DNA of 64,000 nucleotides from NCBI GenBank assembly GCA_001783805.1, contig MFNS01000001.1, positions 128,649-192,648 on the forward strand. Direction: 5' to 3'. Under the pieces are notes generated by a model that worked only from the letters and a program-made list of their open reading frames with translations, did no database searches and was not told where the DNA came from. Made by a program: the position numbers and the translations under genes. The stretch's first letter is position 1, and every line of letters begins with the position of its first letter. This document shows positions 39,292 through 50,448 of the stretch, one piece after another. Origin of the DNA: Candidatus Levybacteria bacterium RIFCSPHIGHO2_01_FULL_40_16 (GTDB lineage Bacteria > Patescibacteriota > Microgenomatia > Levybacterales > UBA12049).

Positions 39292-40839
39292 TTAGTTTTT
39301 AAAAGGTGTTGGATAAAAAAACAGCTGACTTAAAGGATCAAAATAATCGATTCGATGTCTGTTATATTTTAAGATCGGAATCTCCGGATATAACGATTTT
39401 TCTTTTGAAAGAATTTTATAAATCTGAATACCTGCGTCCTCGTCGATTACCGCATACTTTTTAATTGAGTATGAGGAAATTAAATCTTTTAATTCGTAGT
39501 TTTTCGCATACGAAAGAGATAATGGAAAAAGAAATGGTCCCGAATATATCCCATATGGGTCAGATAAAGCTTGAGATGTAATAAATATCGGTTTTTTATT
39601 TTGTAAATAAGTATCAATCATTTTCTCGAGCTTCTCATGGTTCCACCCGGGTTGATTTATAAATATAATTTCGTCTGAGTACTGGCCTTCAACCTGAGGA
39701 CGTGCAAAATGGCTTTCGATTAATAAACCCTTAGGAAGTGTTTTAACAAATTTGCCCATTTCAAGATAGGGTATGGGTTGAGTCAATAATGATAATGCAG
39801 ACATAGAAACGAAAAGTAAATATCCGATTACCATTAGTATCAACATTCCCCTTTTTTTTAAAAGTATTGCGACAAGCAGCGAGAAACCAAATCCAGCGAT
39901 TATCCCATGACGTCCAAAAAGAAGCGGATCAAACCATTGACTTGTAATAATCAATGGAAAAATCCATAAAAACGTAATAATAAATAAATTTATATTTTTT
40001 CTAAATATTCTTATGAGCGAAATAGTTCCTAAGATAAATATAAGAGAAGCATTATTTTGTAAAACAGAAATTAATACGTTTCTGATAAATCTAAGAATCG
40101 TTATTGAAGATGAGACATTTGGTATAAGCTTTATATCTTCTCTAAATAAATATTGATATATTCCATTTTGAATTGACTCATGGAGAGCGTAAGAGACAAA
40201 GAGGCCATTCGTTAGAATGACAAGGGTAATAGTTAAAAACATTGATAATATTATTACGGCAATCTTCTGTTTGTTTAGAAAATACACGATTGATAAAAAT
40301 AGCGGTGTCCATAAAATGACTAGCGGATTAGTAAGCAATGCTAATCCAAATAATAAGCAACCAATAAGAATACGGAAATTTGAACGAGTTTTATTTTTTA
40401 CATACGAAGCAGTAAGGTATAATGAAATAAGAAAAAAATAAACGTACGTTGACTCGGCCATTATGGAAACATTCGTTATCCAGTAAAGAGGCATTAACGA
40501 GCTAATAATTGTTGCAATTATTGCTATTTTCTTACTTGTAAGGATTTCAACCAACCGATAAAAACAGTAGAGAGAAATTGCCGAAAAAATTATTTGCGCA
40601 AAAATAACCGCAAAAGATGGATTAATGTTTAAAAATTCGGCAATGTGGAATACCGGCCAAAACAAAATAATATATCCTGCGTGGAAAGGTATGTGTCCGG
40701 AAGCAATTGCCTGAAAATAATTTGAATATGCAAATCTCTCTAAATATTCGGGTGAGTCAAAAAAAACAGGAAGAGAATTAATAAAAGTTATTCGGGATAA
40801 AACAAAGATACAAAGCAGAAAAAAAGTTTTTAACTTCAT
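39292..40839 (-). CDS. GT-C-like polytopic membrane glycosyltransferase
   Basis: FFDSPEY..H.GY after TM1, MAES; multiple TM segments. Confidence 0.6.
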   Translation of the reverse strand: MKLKTFFLLCIFVLSRITFINSLPVFFDSPEYLERFAYSNYFQAIASGHIPFHAGYIILFWPVFHIAEFLNINPSFAVIFAQIIFSAISLYCFYRLVEILTSKKIAIIATIISSLMPLYWITNVSIMAESTYVYFFLISLYLTASYVKNKTRSNFRILIGCLLFGLALLTNPLVILWTPLFLSIVYFLNKQKIAVIILSMFLTITLVILTNGLFVSYALHESIQNGIYQYLFREDIKLIPNVSSSITILRFIRNVLISVLQNNASLIFILGTISLIRIFRKNINLFIITFLWIFPLIITSQWFDPLLFGRHGIIAGFGFSLLVAILLKKRGMLILMVIGYLLFVSMSALSLLTQPIPYLEMGKFVKTLPKGLLIESHFARPQVEGQYSDEIIFINQPGWNHEKLEKMIDTYLQNKKPIFITSQALSDPYGIYSGPFLFPLSLSYAKNYELKDLISSYSIKKYAVIDEDAGIQIYKILSKEKSLYPEIPILKYNRHRIDYFDPLSQLFFYPTPFKN

Positions 40840-41546
40840 TAAGGAGAATATGTCACTTTTAATTCCTTTTCATTCTTGTTTCCTGCCAGATCGGTTGCTG
40901 TAATTTTTATTTTATTTTCTCCGTTTTGAAGAGGAAGACTGTAGGAAAAATTGCCATTATCATCTGTTATTGCCCAGAAACCGTTAACGGTTACTTTTAC
41001 ATCCGTATCCGTTGTGCCCTTGATGTTTGCGCTATTCTGATCCTTGGAAAAAGATTGATTATCGGATGGAGAGCTAATATTAAGGAATGGAGGAGCTTTT
41101 TTGAGAATTATTGTTAGAGACTGAGAATAATCGCTTTCCTTGTCATTCTCAATTGCTTTTGTTTTTATTATATTTTCGCCGGTTGAGATTGCTTTCTTGA
41201 ATGAAAAACTTCCATCGTCTTTAGTTTTGGTTTCGTCAACCGGATTTCCATTTATGTATAAGCTTATGGTTTGATTTTTCGCAGAAAATCCAGAGATTAT
41301 AATGTTTGCACTTGCAGTTGCCTGAGGAAGTGAATTAAGTATCGGGGGAGCAATGAAAATTGGATTTTGATTCTGGAATTGCTCCTGATTAGTTCTTGAT
41401 CCCGAAAGAAAGAGGCTAAGATTAGCCAAGAAAGGAATTCCAAACTTAAATATCAAAAGAATTATGAGGACAATACCAAGAATACTTAATACAAGATTTT
41501 TCTTAGTTTTTTGCTCTAATCTTCGGGATAGTCTTGATCTGACCAT
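40839..41546 (-). CDS. Membrane-anchored protein with two bacterial Ig-like domains
   Basis: TM segment then DGSFSF..GENII and GNFSY.LPLQNGENKI.ITATDLAGN. Confidence 0.75.
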   Translation of the reverse strand: MVRSRLSRRLEQKTKKNLVLSILGIVLIILLIFKFGIPFLANLSLFLSGSRTNQEQFQNQNPIFIAPPILNSLPQATASANIIISGFSAKNQTISLYINGNPVDETKTKDDGSFSFKKAISTGENIIKTKAIENDKESDYSQSLTIILKKAPPFLNISSPSDNQSFSKDQNSANIKGTTDTDVKVTVNGFWAITDDNGNFSYSLPLQNGENKIKITATDLAGNKNEKELKVTYSP

Positions 41547-41558
41547 AATTTACTCCAG

Positions 41559-41630
41559 AGCCGATGGTGGGAATCGAACTCACGACCTAGTGTTTACGAA
41601 ACACTTGCTCTACCACTGAGCCACATCGGC
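41559..41630 (-). tRNA. tRNA-Thr(CGT)
   Basis: GCCGATG/CATCGGC, GCTC/GAGC, AGTGT-TTCGTAA-ACACT, TTCGATT loop with one A-C mismatch in the T stem. Confidence 0.9.
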
Positions 41631-41676
41631 ACAAGGATATTCTACAATAAAATAGGGCTAAATTGGAAGTCATTGA

Positions 41677-42300
41677 TTATTGCTTCTTCTGAAGGAATTT
41701 CTTTCCGTGTCCGACAATAGTATTGATTGGTACATTTTTTTTACACAGAGGACATTTATTAGCGGGAAATGCTTCAGCTTTAAAAATACCCAGCTGTGAT
41801 AAGGGAGCCCCGATTGATTTTGAGATTACTTTTTCAGGGTTGCGATTTATCATCACACAAACCGCAATTACTTTCCCTCCGGCTTTTTTTACACTTTTTA
41901 CTACTTTTGCAACAGATCCTCCTGTAGCTGTAAGATCCTCAACAATCAATACTTTTTTATTTTTAACCAATTTGTCATAACCGCGTTTAAATATCTGGTC
42001 ACCTTCTTCATCTTTTTCTGTAAAAACCCCAAGAACATCTTTATTTTTTAATTTCGATAGGTGATATGCTGTCCATTGGGAGAGGATAATTCCGCCAACC
42101 GAAGGTCCGACAATAACATCAATATCTTTATTTTTAAATTTTTTCGCAAATAATTTGCAGACTTGGGAGGTCATCTTGGTATTGGGATAGAGCATGTCTT
42201 TACGAACATAGACACTGCCATGTTTTCCGGATGTGTATACGAAATGATCACCGGTTTCAATTGCCTGAATATCTTTTAAGATCTTAACAACATTTCTCAT
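41677..42300 (-). CDS. pyrE: Orotate phosphoribosyltransferase
   Basis: HFVYTSGKH and PRPP motif VLIVEDLTATGGS; adjacent to pyrF. Confidence 0.85.
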   Translation of the reverse strand: MRNVVKILKDIQAIETGDHFVYTSGKHGSVYVRKDMLYPNTKMTSQVCKLFAKKFKNKDIDVIVGPSVGGIILSQWTAYHLSKLKNKDVLGVFTEKDEEGDQIFKRGYDKLVKNKKVLIVEDLTATGGSVAKVVKSVKKAGGKVIAVCVMINRNPEKVISKSIGAPLSQLGIFKAEAFPANKCPLCKKNVPINTIVGHGKKFLQKKQ

Positions 42301-43094
42301 CGATATTTATTTATTTCCTCAATCAGCTTTAAGGCTTCAAGCCTTGGATTAGCTGAAAAGATTATCTCACGGGAGGAGCTGATTATCAAGCCAGATTTGT
42401 TTTTAGTTAAGCCTACTTGAAGAGTTTTCTCTAAATCTCCCCCTTGCGCGCCGATACCGGGAATTAAAAAAAACATCTCCGGAGCAATTTTTCTAACTTT
42501 GCGCAATTGTTCCGGCCACGTTGCTCCGACAACCATTAAGCAATTTTTATAAATTTCATTCCAAACAGTTACTTTTTCTGCGACTTTTATGTAAAGAGGT
42601 TTCTTATTAATTATTAAATCTTGAAAATCTCCGGCTCCCGGATTGGAGGTTCTCGCCAAAATAATAATTCCCTTATCTTTACGTTCCAAAAATGGTTTTA
42701 GCGAGTCGAATCCCAAAAAAGGATTAACCGTTACCGCGTCTGCCAAATAAACATCAAATACCTCTTTAGCGTATTGGGTTGCTGTGGACCCGATATCTCC
42801 TCTTTTGGCATCCAAAATTACGGGGATGCTCGGATGCTTAAGGTGAATGTACTTAATTGTTCGGATTAGAGCCTTGATACCGGGTATGCCATGTGATGCG
42901 TAAAACGCAAATTGAGTCTTATAACAGCAGACCAAATCGGAAGTTTCATCAATAATCTTTTTGTTGAATTCAAAAATCGGATTTTTCTTTTTTAAAATAT
43001 GCTTGGGAATCTTATCTAAATCCGGATCCAATCCAATGCACAAAAGTGAATTATTTTTTCTAATAATATTTGCTAACTTCTGTTTGAAAGTCAT
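42297..43094 (-). CDS. pyrF: Orotidine-5'-phosphate decarboxylase
   Basis: LCIGLDP, ILDAKRGDIGST, RTSNPG, PGIGAQGG. Confidence 0.95.
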   Translation of the reverse strand: MTFKQKLANIIRKNNSLLCIGLDPDLDKIPKHILKKKNPIFEFNKKIIDETSDLVCCYKTQFAFYASHGIPGIKALIRTIKYIHLKHPSIPVILDAKRGDIGSTATQYAKEVFDVYLADAVTVNPFLGFDSLKPFLERKDKGIIILARTSNPGAGDFQDLIINKKPLYIKVAEKVTVWNEIYKNCLMVVGATWPEQLRKVRKIAPEMFFLIPGIGAQGGDLEKTLQVGLTKNKSGLIISSSREIIFSANPRLEALKLIEEINKYR

Positions 43095-43196
43095 ATAAAT
43101 TCATTCTTGTATTTCATATAGTTTACTAACTTGTGCTTGTTAATGCAACAGGTTACTTGCTTTGCGTCTAACGGATTTGAGATAATAACCAACATT

Positions 43197-44306
43197 ATGT
43201 TCAAGAGGATAGTCAGTCCCATTCTTGACAGACTTGATTCGGAAACATGGCATAATCGGGCGCGCGAACTTCTTCATTTGTCTGAGATTTCTCCTTTTAC
43301 ACTTAAACTATTAGAACTATTTGCCTATAAAGGGAAAAGGATTTTCAATGAAAGGCTAAAAGTTAAGATAGAGGATATAGAATTTGATAATCCGCTTGTT
43401 GTCGGAGCGGGCTGGGATAAGGTAGGCCGCGCAGTTAAAGCTCTTTATAGATTGGGATTCGCAGGTGTTGAGGTAGGTACGGTTCTTCAATATCCCCAGC
43501 CTGGAAACGCTAAGCCAAGACAATTCGTGCTCGCACCGGGAGTGGCCTTGAATAGATTGGGGTTTAATAGTCCGGGAATGAATATTGTTGCCAATAATTT
43601 AAAAAGATATAAAAACGGCAGCGCCGTTGTCGGAGTAAGTATCGGGAAAAATAAAAATGTGCCGAAGAAAGATGCTCCGAAAGCCCACAGCGCAGTTATT
43701 AAAAAATTATATAAATATGCAGCTTTTTTCGTGATAAACGTCTCTTCCCCCAATACTCCGGGGCTTCGTCAATTACAGGATAAGGCTCCTCTCGCTAAGA
43801 TTGTTAAAGCTATAAACAGGGCGATGGATAAAGTTGGGAAAAGAAAACCCCTATTCGTTAAAATCGCACCTGATTTAACAAATAGTGCCGTAGACGATGT
43901 TATAGAAGTAGTGATTGAAAATAAATTAACAGGAATAGTAGCTACTAACACTACAAACAATTCCGACATAAAAGCAAAATATGGTGAAAAATGGAGGAAT
44001 CAAATGGTCGGAATAAGCGGAAACGATAAAGATTTTAGACAAATGGCTACCGATAAAATCGCCTACATCTACAAAAAAACAAGGGGAAGAATTAAAATAA
44101 TCGGCGTAGGCGGAGTCAACGATACAAAATCAGCACTGGAAAAAATTATGTCAGGAGCAAGCCTTCTTCAAATTGTTACCGGCATTCGAGGTGAAGGCAC
44201 TTCTTTGCCCGGAAAAATTAATCAAGGAATTTTAGATTATCTGGATAAAAAAGGGATTGAAAATGTTGAGAGAATTGTGGGAATACGCGCCAAAAAATTA
44301 CATTAA
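43197..44306 (+). CDS. pyrD: Dihydroorotate dehydrogenase, class 2 (quinone-type)
   Basis: AGWDK, EVGTV..QPGN.KPR, NRLGFN, NVSSPNTPGLR, VKIAPDL, TNTT. Confidence 0.92.
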   Translation: MFKRIVSPILDRLDSETWHNRARELLHLSEISPFTLKLLELFAYKGKRIFNERLKVKIEDIEFDNPLVVGAGWDKVGRAVKALYRLGFAGVEVGTVLQYPQPGNAKPRQFVLAPGVALNRLGFNSPGMNIVANNLKRYKNGSAVVGVSIGKNKNVPKKDAPKAHSAVIKKLYKYAAFFVINVSSPNTPGLRQLQDKAPLAKIVKAINRAMDKVGKRKPLFVKIAPDLTNSAVDDVIEVVIENKLTGIVATNTTNNSDIKAKYGEKWRNQMVGISGNDKDFRQMATDKIAYIYKKTRGRIKIIGVGGVNDTKSALEKIMSGASLLQIVTGIRGEGTSLPGKINQGILDYLDKKGIENVERIVGIRAKKLH

Positions 44307-44710
44307 ACGTTTTTTGTGCCTTGTGGCAACTCTGAGTTCCAAAATTGCCTTGATCATTTCCGCCTGCGCAATTCTCAATTCATTGTCGGTTGATTTCTCA
44401 CTCATTACTTTCTCCGCGCGTTTTTTTGCTTCCATTGCCCGAGCTACTTGAATGTCTTGGGCTTTTACCGCGTATTCTGCAAGAATACTTATTTTGTTAT
44501 GCTGAACTTCCAAAAATCCGCCTGTGATTGCCAGATATTCTTGTTTAGCTCCTTTTTTTATGATTAGTTCTCCCGGATTCACTTGGGTGAGGAGATTGAT
44601 GTGGTTGGGAAGAATTGCAATTTCTCCATTTTCGGTCGGAACAACAACTTCATCAACTTCATCTTTGTAGATTACTTTCTCGGGCGTGATTATTTCAAAA
44701 AGAAGATTCA

Positions 44711-44711
<1 letters not shown>
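44298..44711 (-). CDS. atpC: F1 ATP synthase epsilon subunit
   Basis: EIITPE, GEIAILPNH, GGFLEV. Confidence 0.95.
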
Positions 44712-46967
<2,256 letters not shown>

Positions 46968-46969
46968 AG

Positions 46970-48478
46970 CTATTCAAATCTTTTCTTAAATTCTTCTACT
47001 GCTTTAGATACCTGCTTTAAGGTTTGTTCGGTTGGTTTTTCGCCTGTTGATAAGAGTTCTAGCACTTTTGGATGATTTTTCTTAACAAAGTCATGCATTT
47101 CCTTCTCAAATCTTTGAAAAGAGTCGATTGGGACATCGTCCATCAAGCCGCCTGTTACAGCGTAAATACTTAATACCTCTAAATTTTCCGTAAGCGGGAA
47201 ATATTGAGGCTGTTTGAGAATTTCAGTTAATCTTTTTCCCCGGTCAAGTTGTTTTTGAGTGGCGGCATCTAATTCGCTTCCAAATTGCGCAAAAGCCGCC
47301 AATGAATTATATTGAGCAAGTTCCAGTCTTAATTTGCCGGATACGGATTTAATCGTTGGTGTTTGAGCTGCTCCTCCAACCCTGGATACAGACTGCCCGA
47401 CGTTAATAGCCGGTCTTATCCCCGCATAAAAAAGATCGGTTTGCAGGTATATCTGGCCGTCGGTAATAGAAATAACATTGGTCGGAATATAGGCGGAAAT
47501 ATCATTGGCCTGTGTTTCGATGATGGGAAGCGCAGTGATTGAGCCATTTCCGTTTTCCTTATTCAATTTAACTGATCTTTCCAAAAGCTTACTGTGGAGG
47601 TAAAATATATCTCCGGGATACGCTTCTCTTCCGGCGGGCCGGCGTAAAACCAGGGAAATTTGCCGATATGCCCAAGCATGTTTAGTAAGATCATCAAAGA
47701 CAACCAGAACGTCTTTTCCTTTTTCCAGAAAGTATTCCGCTATTGCTATTCCTGCATAGGGAGCAAGATATTGCAAAGCGGCCGGGTCGGAAGCGCTTGC
47801 GGATACGATTATGCTATAACCCATTGCATCCTCAGAGCTTAACTTGTCAAGAATTTGGGCAATTGTACTTCTCTTCTGTCCGATCGCGACATAAACGCAG
47901 ATAACCGGTTTTTTATTAAATTTTTGATTTATTATGGTATCAATTGCGATGGCGGTTTTTCCTGTTTGCCTGTCTCCAATGATTAGTTCCCTTTGTCCCC
48001 GGCCGATCGGAATCATGGAATCAATTGCCTTAACCCCCGTTTTAAGAGGGACAGAAACGGGTTCCCGATCAACAACACCGGCTGCAATTTTTTCCAAAGG
48101 CATATCTTTACCTTTTTTTATCTTGGGTTTATTGTCCAGAGGGTTTCCTAGGGGATCGATTACTCTTCCCAATAATTCTTCGGATACTTCAATTGAAAGC
48201 ATTTCTCCGGTTGTTTTCAGAGTGTCTCCCTCCCTTATGCTTGATGCCTCTCCCAGCAGTATTATAGAAGCGTTGTCTTCATCCAGATTTAAGATAGTGC
48301 CATTGTTTCCATTCTCAAAGATTACTTTTTCCCCCATAATTGCGCGGGAAAGTCCGGTTGCAACCACTACTCCATCGGTATTTTTGATAACCGTTCCTAC
48401 ATTTTGCGTTTTGACATCACCGCCAAATGTCATTAGCTTTTTTTCTAATGTTTCGATAATTTTGTTATTGTCAATCAT
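46970..48478 (-). CDS. atpA: F1 ATP synthase alpha subunit
   Basis: GDRQTGKT, GREAYPGD, SVSRVGG. Confidence 0.98.
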   Translation of the reverse strand: MIDNNKIIETLEKKLMTFGGDVKTQNVGTVIKNTDGVVVATGLSRAIMGEKVIFENGNNGTILNLDEDNASIILLGEASSIREGDTLKTTGEMLSIEVSEELLGRVIDPLGNPLDNKPKIKKGKDMPLEKIAAGVVDREPVSVPLKTGVKAIDSMIPIGRGQRELIIGDRQTGKTAIAIDTIINQKFNKKPVICVYVAIGQKRSTIAQILDKLSSEDAMGYSIIVSASASDPAALQYLAPYAGIAIAEYFLEKGKDVLVVFDDLTKHAWAYRQISLVLRRPAGREAYPGDIFYLHSKLLERSVKLNKENGNGSITALPIIETQANDISAYIPTNVISITDGQIYLQTDLFYAGIRPAINVGQSVSRVGGAAQTPTIKSVSGKLRLELAQYNSLAAFAQFGSELDAATQKQLDRGKRLTEILKQPQYFPLTENLEVLSIYAVTGGLMDDVPIDSFQRFEKEMHDFVKKNHPKVLELLSTGEKPTEQTLKQVSKAVEEFKKRFE

Positions 48479-48821
48479 AATTTTGTTCGATGTAGTTTAC
48501 GATTTTATCAAGAGAATTCTTTAATGTGAATTCGTAAACAATGTCATTATCAATAATTTGTACGCCTAGCATAAGGGATGGGTCTTTTTTAAGAACAATT
48601 TTTTTATGGGGAAAAAGGTTTTCAAATTTTTTTAAGCTTTGACTGCTAATCGGGGCTGAAATAGTAAGGTTTTTTTTCTTTTCTGCCAACTTCAATCCAT
48701 TGATGTATTTTTTTAAATCTGACCGGCTAATCAAGGAAGCAATTTTATTAACTTTTTTTTGGTCCAAATTGCTATTTCTATAACTTGCTAAAATTAAATT
48801 TTTTATATTCTTAGAATTCAT
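48471..48821 (-). CDS. atpH: ATP synthase delta subunit (short form)
   Basis: Operon position; DPSLMLGVQI motif. Confidence 0.8.
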   Translation of the reverse strand: MNSKNIKNLILASYRNSNLDQKKVNKIASLISRSDLKKYINGLKLAEKKKNLTISAPISSQSLKKFENLFPHKKIVLKKDPSLMLGVQIIDNDIVYEFTLKNSLDKIVNYIEQNYD

Positions 48822-48823
48822 AT

Positions 48824-49327
48824 TTAATTAGCCTTTTTGATTTTTTTTAAGGCTTGTGAAATTACCTGTTCCTGCTCTTTGGATGAGAAAAATTGCCTCA
48901 AGGCCTTTTCTAGAAAAGCCACTGCCAATTTGCTGGTGCTTAACGCAAGTCTTTTTTCTGTTTCTATAGTCTCCTTGGCTATTTGTTCTCTGGTATCATT
49001 TAATAATTTCTCTGTTTGTTTTTTAGCTATCTCACTCATTCCCCTAGCTATTTCTAACGATTCCTGCTTTGCATCTTCGATAATTTTTTTGGATTGAAGT
49101 TGTGCTGTTCTTAAGATATTTTTTTCTTCAATAACTACTTTCTCAAGTTTGATTCTCGCATCTTCCGCCTGTTTCAAGCCTTCCCTAATCGTGATTTGTC
49201 TTTTTTTTAATACCTCAAGAATCGGTTTGTAAAGAAACTTTTTTAGTATAAACAATACAATCAAAAAATTAAATATCTGAGCGCCCAAAAGAACAGGATT
49301 TAACCCAAATTTTTCTACTATTTCCAT
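48824..49327 (-). CDS. atpF: F0 ATP synthase subunit b
   Basis: QIFNFLIV..LKKFLYKPI..R, coiled coil. Confidence 0.93.
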   Translation of the reverse strand: MEIVEKFGLNPVLLGAQIFNFLIVLFILKKFLYKPILEVLKKRQITIREGLKQAEDARIKLEKVVIEEKNILRTAQLQSKKIIEDAKQESLEIARGMSEIAKKQTEKLLNDTREQIAKETIETEKRLALSTSKLAVAFLEKALRQFFSSKEQEQVISQALKKIKKAN

Positions 49328-49339
49328 AAATTAATTATT

Positions 49340-49403
49340 ATCATTCTGAGCAAAACAAAGAATCCCATAAGATCCTTCTCAAACTTTGCCTGATCAGGAT
49401 GAT
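49340..49403. repeat. Degenerate TCATYCTGA...TCAGGATGA palindromic element between atpE and atpF
   Basis: atcattctgag...gaatc..gatcc...tcaggatgat. Confidence 0.55.
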
Positions 49404-49418
49404 TCCCTTAAAGCGGAA

Positions 49419-49628
<210 letters not shown>

Positions 49629-49688
49629 TCACCTCCTTTATCGTTAATTAGTTTATTCTACACCATCAAATATACTCACGCAACCATC

Positions 49689-50414
49689 TTAATGGGCTTT
49701 ATTATGTGATGTTGTCAGAATCGCCATGAAAGCCATAGTTAACATTGAAAAAACAAGCGCTTGAACAATTCCGACAATCACTTCTAGCATTAGGAATGGT
49801 AAAGGAAATGCGAAAGCAAAGATTGAAGATACTGTTATCAGCACGACTTCTCCTGCGTAAATATTACCGAATAACCTGAAAGAAAGAGAGACAACTTTGG
49901 TTATTTCGGAGATAATTTCAAGAACTCCGATAAAAAGATTAATGGGATTGAAAGAAAAATACCGACTAAGGTAATCCTTTATTCCGATTGTTCTGATGCT
50001 TAACACGTGAGTAGCAGCTACAGAGACAAGCGCCAAACCAAGAGTGGTGTTTAGATCACTGGTTGCACCCCTAAAAAGCGGTACCAGTTCATGTCCATGA
50101 AAAAAACCGATCGTTCCGACTCCTGGGATAAGTGCGCTCCAATTAATGAATAATATGAATAGGAAGAACGTTATGAAATAGGGGAAAATTTTAGAAGCAG
50201 CATTCTGGCTGACTGATTCTGTTAGGCTGTAGAATGTTTCAACTACCCATTCGGAGATATTTTGAACGGGATTGCTGGGGATAGAAGTTATTTTTTTGCC
50301 CACATAGAGAGCTCCTCCGATCAAAATTATATCTACCAGAAGCGTGTCCAAAAGAGTATTGGAAACTGGAAACTTTCCTATTTTAAAGATTATCTCCGGC
50401 GCAAAAGACAGCAT
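49689..50414 (-). CDS. atpB: F0 ATP synthase subunit a
   Basis: TSDLNTT, SLSFRLFGNIYAGE, VQALVF. Confidence 0.95.
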   Translation of the reverse strand: MLSFAPEIIFKIGKFPVSNTLLDTLLVDIILIGGALYVGKKITSIPSNPVQNISEWVVETFYSLTESVSQNAASKIFPYFITFFLFILFINWSALIPGVGTIGFFHGHELVPLFRGATSDLNTTLGLALVSVAATHVLSIRTIGIKDYLSRYFSFNPINLFIGVLEIISEITKVVSLSFRLFGNIYAGEVVLITVSSIFAFAFPLPFLMLEVIVGIVQALVFSMLTMAFMAILTTSHNKAH

Positions 50415-50448
50415 TCAGATTAAATTTTAAAGGTAATGTTTGCGTATG

